The translations under genes and the position numbers were made by a program. A DNA stretch of 64,000 nucleotides from Burkholderiales bacterium (GTDB taxonomy: Bacteria > Pseudomonadota > Gammaproteobacteria > Burkholderiales > CAIKXV01): positions 169 to 64,168 of the forward strand of contig JBIITW010000003.1 in assembly GCA_044340265.1 (NCBI GenBank). The letters run 5' to 3'. Under the pieces are notes generated by a model, which worked only from the letters and a program-made list of their open reading frames with translations, was not told the origin of the DNA and did no database searches. Below are positions 28,298 to 38,501 of the stretch, one piece after another (the stretch's first letter is position 1; each line of letters opens with the position of its first letter).

Positions 28298-28795
28298 ATG
28301 ACCCCTATCGGCACGCCTGCAGGCGTCTCGCCGCCGACCTCCGGTGAGCGCGTAATACAGGACCCCAGGCTGTTCCTGGGTACGGTCGCGGTCCTGGCCT
28401 GGTTCGTTGCATTGACCATGACCGACTTCGCGCATGATGCACTGGGCATCGCTGGCGCCGATCCGTCCACGCACCCGGCGGCGCATATCGGTTACGAACT
28501 CGCCTCCGGATACGTGCTGGGCGTGGTGGCCGCCTTTGCCATCGCGCTGCTGGGCGGGCTGCTGCGCACGCGCGACGCCGAGGGCACACCAACCATCCAT
28601 CCGTTGCTGCGCCAGCTGGCGCGCGTGGCCCTGTTCATCGTGGCGCTCGCCTGCATCACCGGTGCTGCGGTGCATAACGCGGACGGCATCACGCTGCTCT
28701 ACGATATCGCGTTCGCGACCGGGTTGATCCTCGTGTTCGTCGGTGTCGTGCCCCTGCACCAGCACATGCTGGGGACGCAGCGCGACGGCGCGTAG
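28298..28795 (+). CDS. hypothetical integral membrane protein
   Basis: ORF 28298..28795. GGAGGAG RBS and four hydrophobic segments. No family recognised. Confidence 0.6.
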   Translation: MTPIGTPAGVSPPTSGERVIQDPRLFLGTVAVLAWFVALTMTDFAHDALGIAGADPSTHPAAHIGYELASGYVLGVVAAFAIALLGGLLRTRDAEGTPTIHPLLRQLARVALFIVALACITGAAVHNADGITLLYDIAFATGLILVFVGVVPLHQHMLGTQRDGA

Positions 28796-28842
28796 TCGCC
28801 GACAAGCGGGAAGGCGGCCCGTGGGCGCGGCCACCCGCTGCG

Positions 28843-29397
28843 TCAGAACCGGTAGGTGAACTCCAGCATATGGAAATCCGCGCCGATGGTGCGGGATCCA
28901 TAGGCACCGGCGTCGGAGTAATGCTGGAACCGGTAGCCGATCCCGATCCGCCGATACAGGGGTACGGTTGCACCTAGCGTCAGGGCAGCCTGCAACGCGC
29001 CACCGAAGTCCTGATCGGCAAACCGGTGCTCACTGATCAGCGCCAGCCCGGCGCCAAGGTCGAACGTGAACCGGCCGTCCTGGCTGCCGAACGCCAGGAC
29101 CGGTATCGCCGACACGACGAGCGCGGTCTTGCCAGCGCCCTGCATGGTACCTGCGCTGGTGATGACCCGAGTGCCGAGACCCCAGCCTGACGGGTGATAG
29201 CGCTGCCAGGGCAGTCGGAAGGTCGCCACCAGGTCGTAGGCATCGAACGACTCGGGCGCCACCTGGCCGAGCACGCGCTTCTCGCCCACACGGGCCCGTA
29301 TGCCGGCGTTCAGAAGATCCAGGCCGGCCGCAGCAGTGGGCCAGGGAAACAGTGAAAGTGACAACAGGACAGCAGTGATCGTGCCGGATCGAGCCAT
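28843..29397 (-). CDS. acyloxyacyl hydrolase / lipid A deacylase (PagL-like) outer-membrane beta-barrel
   Basis: ORF 28843..29514, start at MARSGTITAVLLSLSLF. Alternating beta-strand pattern, a HYSDAG motif (His-x-Ser) and a terminal aromatic ...FTYRF. Confidence 0.7.
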   Translation of the reverse strand: MARSGTITAVLLSLSLFPWPTAAAGLDLLNAGIRARVGEKRVLGQVAPESFDAYDLVATFRLPWQRYHPSGWGLGTRVITSAGTMQGAGKTALVVSAIPVLAFGSQDGRFTFDLGAGLALISEHRFADQDFGGALQAALTLGATVPLYRRIGIGYRFQHYSDAGAYGSRTIGADFHMLEFTYRF

Positions 29398-29588
29398 GCT
29401 TGAAGCGTCCACTGCAGTGCACGGCCATCCGCAGCCAGAGGCCGAGTGCACGGGTTGAGAGGCGTTGCAGGCCTCACCCGAACCCGCGCAGGCAGCCGTG
29501 CATCCAGCGAACACAGACCACCGATCCGGCGGATAGTTCCCTGTCCTGCCGGACCCGCCGCCCTGCAGCGGTCGTGCGTGCGCCGGGA

Positions 29589-30341
29589 TCAGCGGCCGAT
29601 GGCGCCGAACACCCGGCGAGCAACATCGGTGGCCGCCCCCACGGGATTGGCGCGGATCTTCTTCTCTTCCTCGCCGACCATGAAGTACAGCCCGTCCAGC
29701 GCCTTGTTGGTCACGTAGGGCTCGAGCTTGGCCTGCTTTGCATCGACGACCCCGAGCGAGGCGCCGCGTTCGGCGATCTGGTTGTACTGCTGGGCGAGCC
29801 CGACCTTCTCGGTCGCCTTTGTGACAACCGGCAGGAAGCGATTGAAGAGCTCGCCGCTGGTGACCTTGCGGAAGTAGTCGGTCGCCGCCGTCTGGCCACC
29901 GGTGAGGATGCCCTGTGCATCCTGCACGCTCATCGACTTGATCGCCGACTGCAGCAGGGAGATCGACTGCGGAACCGCCGCCTCGGCGGCCTTGTTGATC
30001 GACTGGTGCAGTTCGTCGAACTGCCCGCCCATCCCGAGCAGGCGAGCGGGGCTGCGCAGCCGCTCGAGCGTGTCGGGCAGGGGAATCTTCACCTGCGGGT
30101 TGTTCCAGAAGCCGTTGGCCGTGCCGAGCAGCGACACCGCCGTGGATGCGCCCTGGCTGAGCGCAGCGCGCAGCGCACCCACCTGGTCCGCGCCCGAGAT
30201 GCCGGCGAGTCCCTGCGCGCGCACCGAGGCCGGCAGGCAGAGCAGGGCCGCGGAGGCGAGCAGCAGGCCGGCCACGTCACGGCGCTTCAGCGAAACTTCG
30301 ATCTCAGGATCGACCAGGATCAGTCCAGTCCGTGTGCGCAT
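29589..30341 (-). CDS. DUF4197 domain-containing periplasmic protein
   Basis: ORF 29589..30587, start at MRTRTG (GGAGGA RBS). Characteristic KALDGLYFMVGEEEKKIRANPVGA C-terminal region. Confidence 0.8.
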   Translation of the reverse strand: MRTRTGLILVDPEIEVSLKRRDVAGLLLASAALLCLPASVRAQGLAGISGADQVGALRAALSQGASTAVSLLGTANGFWNNPQVKIPLPDTLERLRSPARLLGMGGQFDELHQSINKAAEAAVPQSISLLQSAIKSMSVQDAQGILTGGQTAATDYFRKVTSGELFNRFLPVVTKATEKVGLAQQYNQIAERGASLGVVDAKQAKLEPYVTNKALDGLYFMVGEEEKKIRANPVGAATDVARRVFGAIGR

Positions 30342-30393
30342 CGTTCCTCCGGTATCGTTCCTTGTACGATTCTCGATCGAGTAGCGCGCGGGG

Positions 30394-31527
30394 TCAGCCG
30401 CCGGTTGACAGGGCCACGGGGGCGTCAGCCTGGACGGCGCCAGCGGGATCCTGGACGGCGCCAGCGGGATCCTGGACGACGCCGGCGGGATCCTGGACGA
30501 CGCCGGCGGGATCCTGGACGACGCCGGCGTCGTGGGCCTGCCGGTCTGCATGGTAGCTCGAGCGCACCATCGGTCCGCAGGCGGCATGGGCGAAGCCCAT
30601 CTTCATCGCCTCGGCTTCGTACATCGCGAAGGTGTCCGGATGCACGAAACGGGTCACCGGCAGGTGGTGGCCCGAAGGCTGCAGATATTGGCCGATGGTG
30701 AGCATGTCGACATCGTGCGCGCGCATCTCGCGCATCACGTCGAGGATCTCTTCATCGGTCTCGCCGAGCCCGACCATCAGGCCCGACTTGGTCGGCACCT
30801 TCGGATGGCGCGCCTTGAATTCCTTGAGCAGCAGCAGCGAGTTGGCGAAGTCTGCCCCCGGGCGTGCGGCCTTGTACAGCCGGGGCACGGTTTCCATGTT
30901 GTGGTTCATCACGTCCGGCGGGCCGGCGTCGAGGATGGCCAGTGCGCGCTCGCGCCGGCCACGGAAATCGGGCACCAGCACCTCGATCGTCGTGCGCGGC
31001 GACAGCGCCCGCACCGAGCGGATACAGTCGACGAAATGCCCGGCACCGCCGTCGCGCAGGTCGTCGCGATCGACGCTGGTGATCACCACGTAGCGCAGGC
31101 CGAGGGCAGCGATGGTCTCGCCCAGGTGGCGCGGCTCGTCGGGATCGGGCGGCAGCGGCCGGCCGTGGCCGACATCGCAGAACGGACAACGACGGGTGCA
31201 CAGGTCGCCCAGGATCATGAACGTCGCCGTGCCCTTGCCGAAACACTCGCCGATGTTCGGGCAGGACGCCTCTTCGCACACCGTATGCAGCTTCTGCTCG
31301 CGCAGGATCTTCTTGATCTCGTAGAACCGTGAATCGGGATGCGGCGCCTTGACGCGGATCCAGTCGGGCTTCTTCAGCGCCTCGCCCACCGGCACGATGC
31401 GGATCGGATTGCGCGAGGTCTTGGCCTGCGCCTTCTGCTTCTCGCCGGCGGCGGGCGATGACGCAGGGGATACCGGCGCCGATGCTGCGGCGGCGGACGA
31501 CGACGGAACAACCGGTGCGGAGCTCAT
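30394..31527 (-). CDS. lipA: lipoyl synthase, with a repeat-extended C-terminus
   Basis: ORF 30394..31527. Radical-SAM CPFCDV and N-terminal [12 protein letters not shown] clusters; ...[10 protein letters not shown] is followed by the tandem heptads VVQDPAG. Confidence 0.95.
   Translation of the reverse strand: MSSAPVVPSSSAAAASAPVSPASSPAAGEKQKAQAKTSRNPIRIVPVGEALKKPDWIRVKAPHPDSRFYEIKKILREQKLHTVCEEASCPNIGECFGKGTATFMILGDLCTRRCPFCDVGHGRPLPPDPDEPRHLGETIAALGLRYVVITSVDRDDLRDGGAGHFVDCIRSVRALSPRTTIEVLVPDFRGRRERALAILDAGPPDVMNHNMETVPRLYKAARPGADFANSLLLLKEFKARHPKVPTKSGLMVGLGETDEEILDVMREMRAHDVDMLTIGQYLQPSGHHLPVTRFVHPDTFAMYEAEAMKMGFAHAACGPMVRSSYHADRQAHDAGVVQDPAGVVQDPAGVVQDPAGAVQDPAGAVQADAPVALSTGG
30429..30533 (-). 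repeat. 5 x 21-bp head-to-tail tandem repeat inside the lipA 3' end
   Basis: Units start at 30429, 30450, 30471, 30492 and 30513: CCTGGACGGCGCCAGCGGGAT x2, CCTGGACGACGCCGGCGGGAT x2, and a fifth degenerate unit. In frame (7 codons per unit). Confidence 0.9.
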
Positions 31528-32207
31528 TCGGGAAGGATCGGGAAGTTGGCTTGCAGTCGGGAGATGAACAGTTCGGCGAGCCTGTCCGCCAGTTCAGCCG
31601 CGGTGCCATCGATGCCCAGGGAACGGGTCTGGGTCACGGCGAGGCCGGGAAAGCCGCAGGGATCGATCGCGGCGAACGGGGAGAGGTCCATGTCGACGTT
31701 GAGCGCCAGCCCGTGGTAGCTTGCGCCGCGCCGCACCTTCAAGCCGAGCGCGGCCACCTTTGCCGCCCCGACGTAGACGCCCGGGGCATCGACCCGGCCA
31801 AGCGCATCGACGCCCGACTCGCGCAGGCAGTCTATCACGGCCTGTTCCAGCAGCCGGACCAGCTGGCGCACGCCGAGGCGCCGGCGCCGCAGGTCGAGCA
31901 GCACATACATCACGACCTGGCCCGGGCCGTGGTAGGTGACCTGCCCCCCCCGGTCGCTGTGCACGATGTCGATCGGGCCACCCGCCGCGGCCGGGTGCAG
32001 GTGCGTGCTGCGCCCGGCCAGGCCCAGCGTGTAGACCGGCAGATGCTCGGTCAGCCACACCTCGTCGCAGGTCGTGCCATCGCGTCCGTCGGTGAACGAC
32101 TGCATCGCGGCCCAGGTCTCGCGATAGCCGGTGCGGCCAAGGTGGCGTACCAGGGGGAGGCCATCGACGCCGGGCCGGTCGGCAGCGTCAGGAATCTGCT
32201 TGCTCAT
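31524..32207 (-). CDS. lipB: lipoyl(octanoyl) transferase
   Basis: ORF 31524..32231, start at MSKQIP: [12 protein letters not shown]...[22 protein letters not shown]. Its stop overlaps the lipA start (ATGA). Confidence 0.95.
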   Translation of the reverse strand: MSKQIPDAADRPGVDGLPLVRHLGRTGYRETWAAMQSFTDGRDGTTCDEVWLTEHLPVYTLGLAGRSTHLHPAAAGGPIDIVHSDRGGQVTYHGPGQVVMYVLLDLRRRRLGVRQLVRLLEQAVIDCLRESGVDALGRVDAPGVYVGAAKVAALGLKVRRGASYHGLALNVDMDLSPFAAIDPCGFPGLAVTQTRSLGIDGTAAELADRLAELFISRLQANFPILPE

Positions 32208-32274
32208 GCCGCGATTGTAGGCGTGCAGCACTAGTTCACTGTGCGGGGGCCGCAGCTTGCCTCACACTTGCCGG

Positions 32275-32715
32275 ATGTCTTCTCCAACCCTCTGCCGCAC
32301 CGCGGCGCTGGCCGCAGCGGTCGTCGCGATCCTGCTGTCCGCCAGTCCGGCCCGATCGGCGAAAATGCTCCCTGCCTGTCCCGACAGTCCCAATTGCGTC
32401 TCGTCCCTGGCCACGCGCCCGGCGCAGCAGGTCGCGCCTTTCACCTTCACCGGCCCGGCCGAGGCCGCCCAGGGCCGGCTGATGCGCCTCATCGAGCAGG
32501 ACCGCAGCGCAACCGTGGTGGATGCGCGGCAGGGCTGGCTCGCCGTCGAATTCCGCTCGAAGCTGTTCGGCTTCGTCGATGACCTGCGCTTCGAGCTCGA
32601 TGCCACCGCCGGTGTGTTCCACGTGCAGTCGGCCTCGCGTTCGGGCTACTGGGATCTCGGCGTGAACCGGCGTCGGGTGGAAGCACTGCGGGCAAGGTTC
32701 AACGAAGCCCGGTAA
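32275..32715 (+). CDS. DUF1499 domain-containing protein
   Basis: ORF 32257..32715. Signal peptide, then CPDSPNCVSS and FVDDLRFELD...GYWDLGVNRRRVE, typical of DUF1499. Confidence 0.8.
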   Translation: MSSPTLCRTAALAAAVVAILLSASPARSAKMLPACPDSPNCVSSLATRPAQQVAPFTFTGPAEAAQGRLMRLIEQDRSATVVDARQGWLAVEFRSKLFGFVDDLRFELDATAGVFHVQSASRSGYWDLGVNRRRVEALRARFNEAR

Positions 32716-32761
32716 GCAGCACTGACGGTCCTCGCCCGCCAGTGCTATCGAGGATCGAGGA

Positions 32762-33436
32762 TCAGCGCTTCTTGCCCAGCAGCGTGCCGCGGCAGTTCTT
32801 CGATCCGCAACGGCAGGACCAGCGGCGCTTCTCGGCTGGCGTGTGCGGCGTCTCCAGCGTGATGTTGTAGTCGTAGTTCAGCTCTTCGCCGGCCTTGATG
32901 TCGCGCAACGACTCGATCCAGATGCGGCCGTCCACGATGTCCGACTCGCAGTTCGGCTTGCAGGAATGGTTGATCCATCGCGCGCTGTTCGCATCCTTGT
33001 TGCCGTCGAGCACGTACTTGTCATCGAGGGTGAACAGGAAGGTGTGCGACGGCTTGCTGTCGTCATCCGCGTACCAGCGGTCTGCCTGGGCCCAGGTGAT
33101 CTTGCGCGCCTTGTACTCGATCACGCGCTCGCCCTTGGGGATGTCGACGGTGGCGAACACGCCGCGGCCATGGATGGGCGAACGACGCACGATCGTCCTG
33201 CGCGGCGGATCCTTGACGACCGGCACCGCCTGCTTCGCGGCCACCTTCGACACGGTCTTTTTCCGGGGCGAGGCCTTCTTCGGCGTCGCTTTCCTGGTCG
33301 CGGCCTTCTCGGTCGCGGCCTTCTTGCTCGCGACCGTCTTGCTCACGGTCTTCTTGCCCGCGGCCTTCTTGCTCGCGGCCTTCTCCGGAGCCGCCTGCTT
33401 GCTGGCGGGTTTCTGCACGCGCTTCTTTGTGGCCAT
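32762..33436 (-). CDS. SET-domain protein-lysine N-methyltransferase with a Lys/Ala-rich histone-H1-like N-terminal tail
   Basis: ORF 32762..33523, start at MATKKRVQKPASK. SET signatures are RWINHSCKPNC and GEELNYDY; post-SET Cys cluster is CRCGSKNCRG. The first ~80 aa are KKAA/KKT repeats. Confidence 0.9.
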   Translation of the reverse strand: MATKKRVQKPASKQAAPEKAASKKAAGKKTVSKTVASKKAATEKAATRKATPKKASPRKKTVSKVAAKQAVPVVKDPPRRTIVRRSPIHGRGVFATVDIPKGERVIEYKARKITWAQADRWYADDDSKPSHTFLFTLDDKYVLDGNKDANSARWINHSCKPNCESDIVDGRIWIESLRDIKAGEELNYDYNITLETPHTPAEKRRWSCRCGSKNCRGTLLGKKR

Positions 33437-33489
33437 TCGGGATCCTGTGGGAATGCGGGGAAAGCTTGGAACGGGGAAGGACGGCGGCG

Positions 33490-33795
33490 CTAGAGGACCA
33501 TCACCACCATGGGGTGGTCGCACAGTTCCTTGTACAGCGCATCGAGCTGCTCGCGCGAGGTGGCGGTGACCGTTGCGGTGAGGCTGGCGTACTTGCCCTC
33601 GCGACTGCTGCGGATCTCGACCGTGGCCGGGTCGAAATCCGGCGCATGGCGCCGCACCACCGCGACCACGGCCGTCTCGAAGCCGGGCGCAGCCGGCCCC
33701 ATGACCTTGATCGGGAACGCCGACGGGTAGACGATCAGCGAGTCCGAGTCCGCACCTGCCTGCGGCGCGGCGCCCGAAGCATCGTTCACCGCCAT
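33490..33795 (-). CDS. ybeD: YbeD/DUF493 family protein
   Basis: ORF 33490..33795: YPSAFPIKVMG...ASLTATVTATSREQLDALYKEL. Sits in the conserved position next to lipB/dac genes. Confidence 0.85.
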   Translation of the reverse strand: MAVNDASGAAPQAGADSDSLIVYPSAFPIKVMGPAAPGFETAVVAVVRRHAPDFDPATVEIRSSREGKYASLTATVTATSREQLDALYKELCDHPMVVMVL

Positions 33796-33838
33796 GGCGC
33801 CTGCTCCAGGGGCCCCGGGCGCCCGGGGAAAGGGCCGA

Positions 33839-34687
33839 TCAGCAACCGGTCACCTCGCGCTTGAATACCTGGTAGTGCCCGTGGATCTGCTTCCATACGG
33901 GGCCGGGCTTGCCGCTGCCGACCGGCTTGCCGTCGAGCGTGGTGATCGCCAGCACTTCCTTCGTGGCCGAAGTGACCCAGATTTCGTCGGCGCCACGCAG
34001 TTCGGCTTCGGTGATCGGACGCAGTTCGTGCGGCATGCCGTGCTTCTTCGCCAGTTCGATGGCGACGTCGAAGGTGGTACCGGGCAGCAGCAGGTTGCTC
34101 TTCGGCGGCGAGTAGATGGTGCCGCCCTTGACGATCAGCACGTTGCTCGACGACGCTTCGGTCAGCATGCCGTCGCGGATCAGGATGGTCTCGACCGCAC
34201 CGACCTCGGCCGACTTCTGCCGCGCGAGCACGTTGCCGAGCAGTGCCGTCGACTTGATGTCGTTGTTGTACCAGCGATCGTCGTTCGCGGTGATCGCAGC
34301 CGCGCCGTCGGTATGCCATTCGGGCGGCGGCTTGCGCATCGGGTTGCTCATCATGAACACGGTCGGCGTCGTGTCCTTGGGGAACGCATGGTCGCGCGGC
34401 GCGACGCCACGGGTCACCTGGATGTACAGGCCCTGGTCGGGATGCGGCGTGCGCTCGATCATCTCGTTGCAGAGTGCTTCCCAGCGTTCGATCGAGTGCG
34501 GGTTGTGCAGGCCGATCTTGTCCATGCTGCGCTGCATGCGCTGCAGGTGCTCCATCATCCGGAACGGCTTCTTCCCGTAGACCGGGATCACCTCGTACAC
34601 CCCGTCGCCGAAGATGAAGCCGCGGTCGAGCGGCGAGATCTTCGCCTCTTCGATCGGGAGGAACTCGCCATTCAGGTGAACGATCAT
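33839..34687 (-). CDS. dat: D-amino-acid (D-alanine) aminotransferase
   Basis: ORF 33839..34975, start at MIVHLNGEFLPIEEAKISPLDRGFIFGDGVYEVIP. Fold-type IV PLP enzyme with the catalytic Lys region NNDIKSTALLGNVL. Confidence 0.85.
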   Translation of the reverse strand: MIVHLNGEFLPIEEAKISPLDRGFIFGDGVYEVIPVYGKKPFRMMEHLQRMQRSMDKIGLHNPHSIERWEALCNEMIERTPHPDQGLYIQVTRGVAPRDHAFPKDTTPTVFMMSNPMRKPPPEWHTDGAAAITANDDRWYNNDIKSTALLGNVLARQKSAEVGAVETILIRDGMLTEASSSNVLIVKGGTIYSPPKSNLLLPGTTFDVAIELAKKHGMPHELRPITEAELRGADEIWVTSATKEVLAITTLDGKPVGSGKPGPVWKQIHGHYQVFKREVTGC

Positions 34688-34704
34688 CGCTGTACCCTCG
34701 GTTG

Positions 34705-35904
34705 TCACTTCAGCATCAGCCGCAGGCTGTCCCAGGTGCGCCGGAAGATGTTCGCGGTCTGCACTTCCTGCAGCGCCACCACGGGATATTCTGCCAGCTG
34801 ACGGCCATCGAGCGTGAGCTTGAGCGTACCCACCCGCTGCCCGGCGGCGATCGGCGCCACCAGCGGCTGCACGCTTTCGAGGTCGGCCTTGACCCGGGTG
34901 CCGCTGCCGGCCGGCAGGGTGACCAGCAGGTCGCCTTCGAAGCCGGCGTCCACCATGCGCGACGAGCCCTTCCATACCGCGAGCGAGGCGACCGGCTGGC
35001 GCGCCGTGTACAGGCGGAAGTTGTCGAAGAACTGGAAGCCGTAGTTGATCAGCTTCTGGCTCTCGCTGATGCGTGCGCTCTCGGACGGCGCGCCGAGGAC
35101 GACGGCCACCAGCCGGCGCTCACCGCGTTTCGCCGAGGTCACCAGGCAGAAGCCTGCCGCCTCGGTGAAGCCGGTCTTCATGCCATCGACCGAGGGATCC
35201 AGCCAGAGCAGGCGGTTGCGGTTGGCCTGCTTGATCTTGTTGTAGGTGTAATCGCGCTGCGAGTAGAGCGAGTAGAACTCCGGGAAGTCACGCACGATGG
35301 CCGTTGCAAGGCGGGCGAGGTCGGAGGCGGTGCTGAAATGCTTCGCGTCCGGCAGGCCGGTCGAGTTGCGGAACGAGGTGTTCTTCATGCCCAGCCGCTG
35401 CGCCTCGCGGGTCATCGCATCGGCGAAGGCATCCTCGCCGCCAGCCACCGCCTCGGCGAGCGCGATGCTCGCATCGTTGCCCGACTGGATGATCATCCCG
35501 CGCAGCAGCTCGTCGACGGTGACCGGGATGCGCTGCTCGATGAACATGCGCGAACCCTCGGCCTTGCGCGCCCGGTCGGACACCGGGACCACCAGCGTCG
35601 GCATCAGCCGCTTCTGCCGGATCGAGTTGAAGGTGAGGTAGGCGGTCATCAGCTTGGTCAGCGAAGCCGGCTCGAACCGGTCGTCGGCCGCCTGCGACGC
35701 AAGCACCTGCCCGGTCGCGAAATCGATCAGCACGTAGGCGCGCGCATTGATCGCCGGGGGAACCGGCACCGGCAGCGCACCGGGCTGGGCGCGGGCGACC
35801 GGCGGCGCCAGCAGCATCACGCCGCAGAGCACGGTCGCCAGCACACGGAGACCGCGCTCGGCGGCACGGCGCACGGACCGTTTCAACAGCAGGTGGATCA
35901 CCAT
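34705..35904 (-). CDS. D-alanyl-D-alanine carboxypeptidase (PBP5/6 family, S11)
   Basis: ORF 34705..36012, start at MVIHLLLKR. Motifs SLTK (active-site Ser), SGND and KTGFT. Confidence 0.9.
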   Translation of the reverse strand: MVIHLLLKRSVRRAAERGLRVLATVLCGVMLLAPPVARAQPGALPVPVPPAINARAYVLIDFATGQVLASQAADDRFEPASLTKLMTAYLTFNSIRQKRLMPTLVVPVSDRARKAEGSRMFIEQRIPVTVDELLRGMIIQSGNDASIALAEAVAGGEDAFADAMTREAQRLGMKNTSFRNSTGLPDAKHFSTASDLARLATAIVRDFPEFYSLYSQRDYTYNKIKQANRNRLLWLDPSVDGMKTGFTEAAGFCLVTSAKRGERRLVAVVLGAPSESARISESQKLINYGFQFFDNFRLYTARQPVASLAVWKGSSRMVDAGFEGDLLVTLPAGSGTRVKADLESVQPLVAPIAAGQRVGTLKLTLDGRQLAEYPVVALQEVQTANIFRRTWDSLRLMLK

Positions 35905-35986
35905 CGGGAAGCCTTCCGGAAAACGATCGAGTATAGCCGACCGGTCGTGGCCCTCAGTCGTGCCAGACACGGTGCCTGATGCGGGC

Positions 35987-36014
35987 CTTGAAAACCCTCG
36001 GACGATGCACATCT
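35987..36014 (+). promoter_or_regulatory. candidate sigma-32 (RpoH) heat-shock promoter for hsp20
   Basis: CTTGAAA (35987-35993), a 13-nt spacer, then GCACATCT (36007-36014), compared with the consensus CTTGAAA-N13-15-CCCCATNT. It lies 147 nt upstream of the small-HSP start. Confidence 0.45.
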
Positions 36015-36160
36015 ACCGTGGACAGGCGCCGTGCCATCGGAAGCTGCAGGCACCGCCCGACCACCGTGATCCACCGTCCGCCTGCCATGCCTCCACGCAA
36101 TGCAGCCTGGCCGGAACGGGTCCGGGCGCGACATCAACCACACTCTGATGGAGGTCCACC

Positions 36161-36595
36161 ATGGCCCAGCTGATCCGCAATGAATCGTTCGACGACATCT
36201 TCAACAACCTGTTCCAGGGCTTCGTGTTGCGCCCGGTCGGCACCCAGGGCAGCGCGCCCGCCGGCGCGGCGCGTGCGTTCAGCGTGGAGGTCGTCGAGGA
36301 AGAAAAATCCTACGCGGTACATGCCGAGCTGCCCGGCGTCGCGCGCGACGACATCCATGTGACGATCGACGGCAACGATGTGGCGATCAGCGCAGAGGTG
36401 AAGAACCAGCGCGAGCAGAAGAGCGAAGGCCGGGTGCTGCGCAGCGAGCGCTACTACGGCAAGCTGTATCGTGCGTTCCAGCTGGCCGATGCGATCGACG
36501 AGACTGCCGCCGAAGCCAGGTACGACAATGGCGTGCTGCAACTGCGGCTGCCGAAGAAGGCGGTCACCTCGGCGAAGCGGCTCGAGATCCGCTGA
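36161..36595 (+). CDS. Hsp20/alpha-crystallin family small heat-shock protein
   Basis: ORF 36161..36595. Alpha-crystallin core: YAVHAELPGVARDDIHVTIDGNDVAISAE...YYGKLYRAFQLADAIDE...ARYDNGVLQLRLPK. Confidence 0.9.
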   Translation: MAQLIRNESFDDIFNNLFQGFVLRPVGTQGSAPAGAARAFSVEVVEEEKSYAVHAELPGVARDDIHVTIDGNDVAISAEVKNQREQKSEGRVLRSERYYGKLYRAFQLADAIDETAAEARYDNGVLQLRLPKKAVTSAKRLEIR

Positions 36596-37615
<1,020 letters not shown>

Positions 37616-37628
37616 CGCCTGCCCGCTG

Positions 37629-38291
37629 ATGGCCGCGGCGCATACCTGGGTCTTCGACCTCGACAACACGCTGCACTACTGCACGCCGCACATCTTCCCG
37701 CACATGAACCGGTCGATGACCGAGTACGTGATGCGGCACCTCGGGCTCGACGAAGCCGAGGCGAGCGCGCTGCGCCGACGCTACTGGCTGCAGTATGGCG
37801 CGACGCTGCTCGGCCTGATGAAGCACCACGACACCGACCCGGACCACTTCCTGCACGAGACGCACCAGTTCCCGGAACTCGAGCGCATGGTGATCCGCGA
37901 GATGGGGCTGCGCGGCCTGCTGCACCGACTGCCCGGGCGCAAGGTGGTGTTCTCCAATTCGCCGGAACGCTATTGCCGGGCGGTGCTTGAGGTGCTGGGC
38001 ATCACCGACCTGTTCGACGGCGTGTTCACCATCGAGCACACCCGCTACCAGCCGAAGCCCGACGTGCGCGGCTTCCGGGAACTGTTCCGCCGGCACGGCA
38101 TCGATCCGCGGCGCAGCATCATGGTCGAGGATTCGCTCGACAACCTGCTCACGGCGCGCAGGCTGGGCATGCGGACCGTGTACATCGTGCGCCGCAAGCC
38201 GGGGCTGCTGCGCGTCAGGCGTCCGGGCTACGTCGACCTGATGGTCACCGACCTGCGCGCGATGACACGCCGCCTGGCGCACCTGCGCTGA
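37629..38291 (+). CDS. pyrimidine 5'-nucleotidase (HAD superfamily)
   Basis: ORF 37629..38291. HAD motif I is WVFDLDNTLH; a C-terminal VEDSLDNL motif is present. Conserved argB-neighbour position. Confidence 0.85.
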   Translation: MAAAHTWVFDLDNTLHYCTPHIFPHMNRSMTEYVMRHLGLDEAEASALRRRYWLQYGATLLGLMKHHDTDPDHFLHETHQFPELERMVIREMGLRGLLHRLPGRKVVFSNSPERYCRAVLEVLGITDLFDGVFTIEHTRYQPKPDVRGFRELFRRHGIDPRRSIMVEDSLDNLLTARRLGMRTVYIVRRKPGLLRVRRPGYVDLMVTDLRAMTRRLAHLR

Positions 38292-38501
38292 CCCGGAGGC
38301 GTCGGCGATGTGGCGCTGCGGCAGGCGAAGAATGCACTGTCACAGCCTGCACTTTTCCATAACCGGCCCCTCCGAATCCGCCTAGAATCCCGTCGTGCAA
38401 CGAAGCGTGTGCTCACCATCGAGCATGCCGGACTCCTCCGGCTGCCGATGCGTTGCCGGTTCCGGGCGCGTTGCCGGACAGTATCCCGTGGAGGATCCAA
38501 C

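Noticed and set aside
30429-30533. Regular 21-bp repeats considered as a possible CRISPR-like array
   Set aside because: The units are directly adjacent with no spacers. They are only 21 bp long, in frame within lipA, and no cas genes are present. This is a coding tandem repeat.
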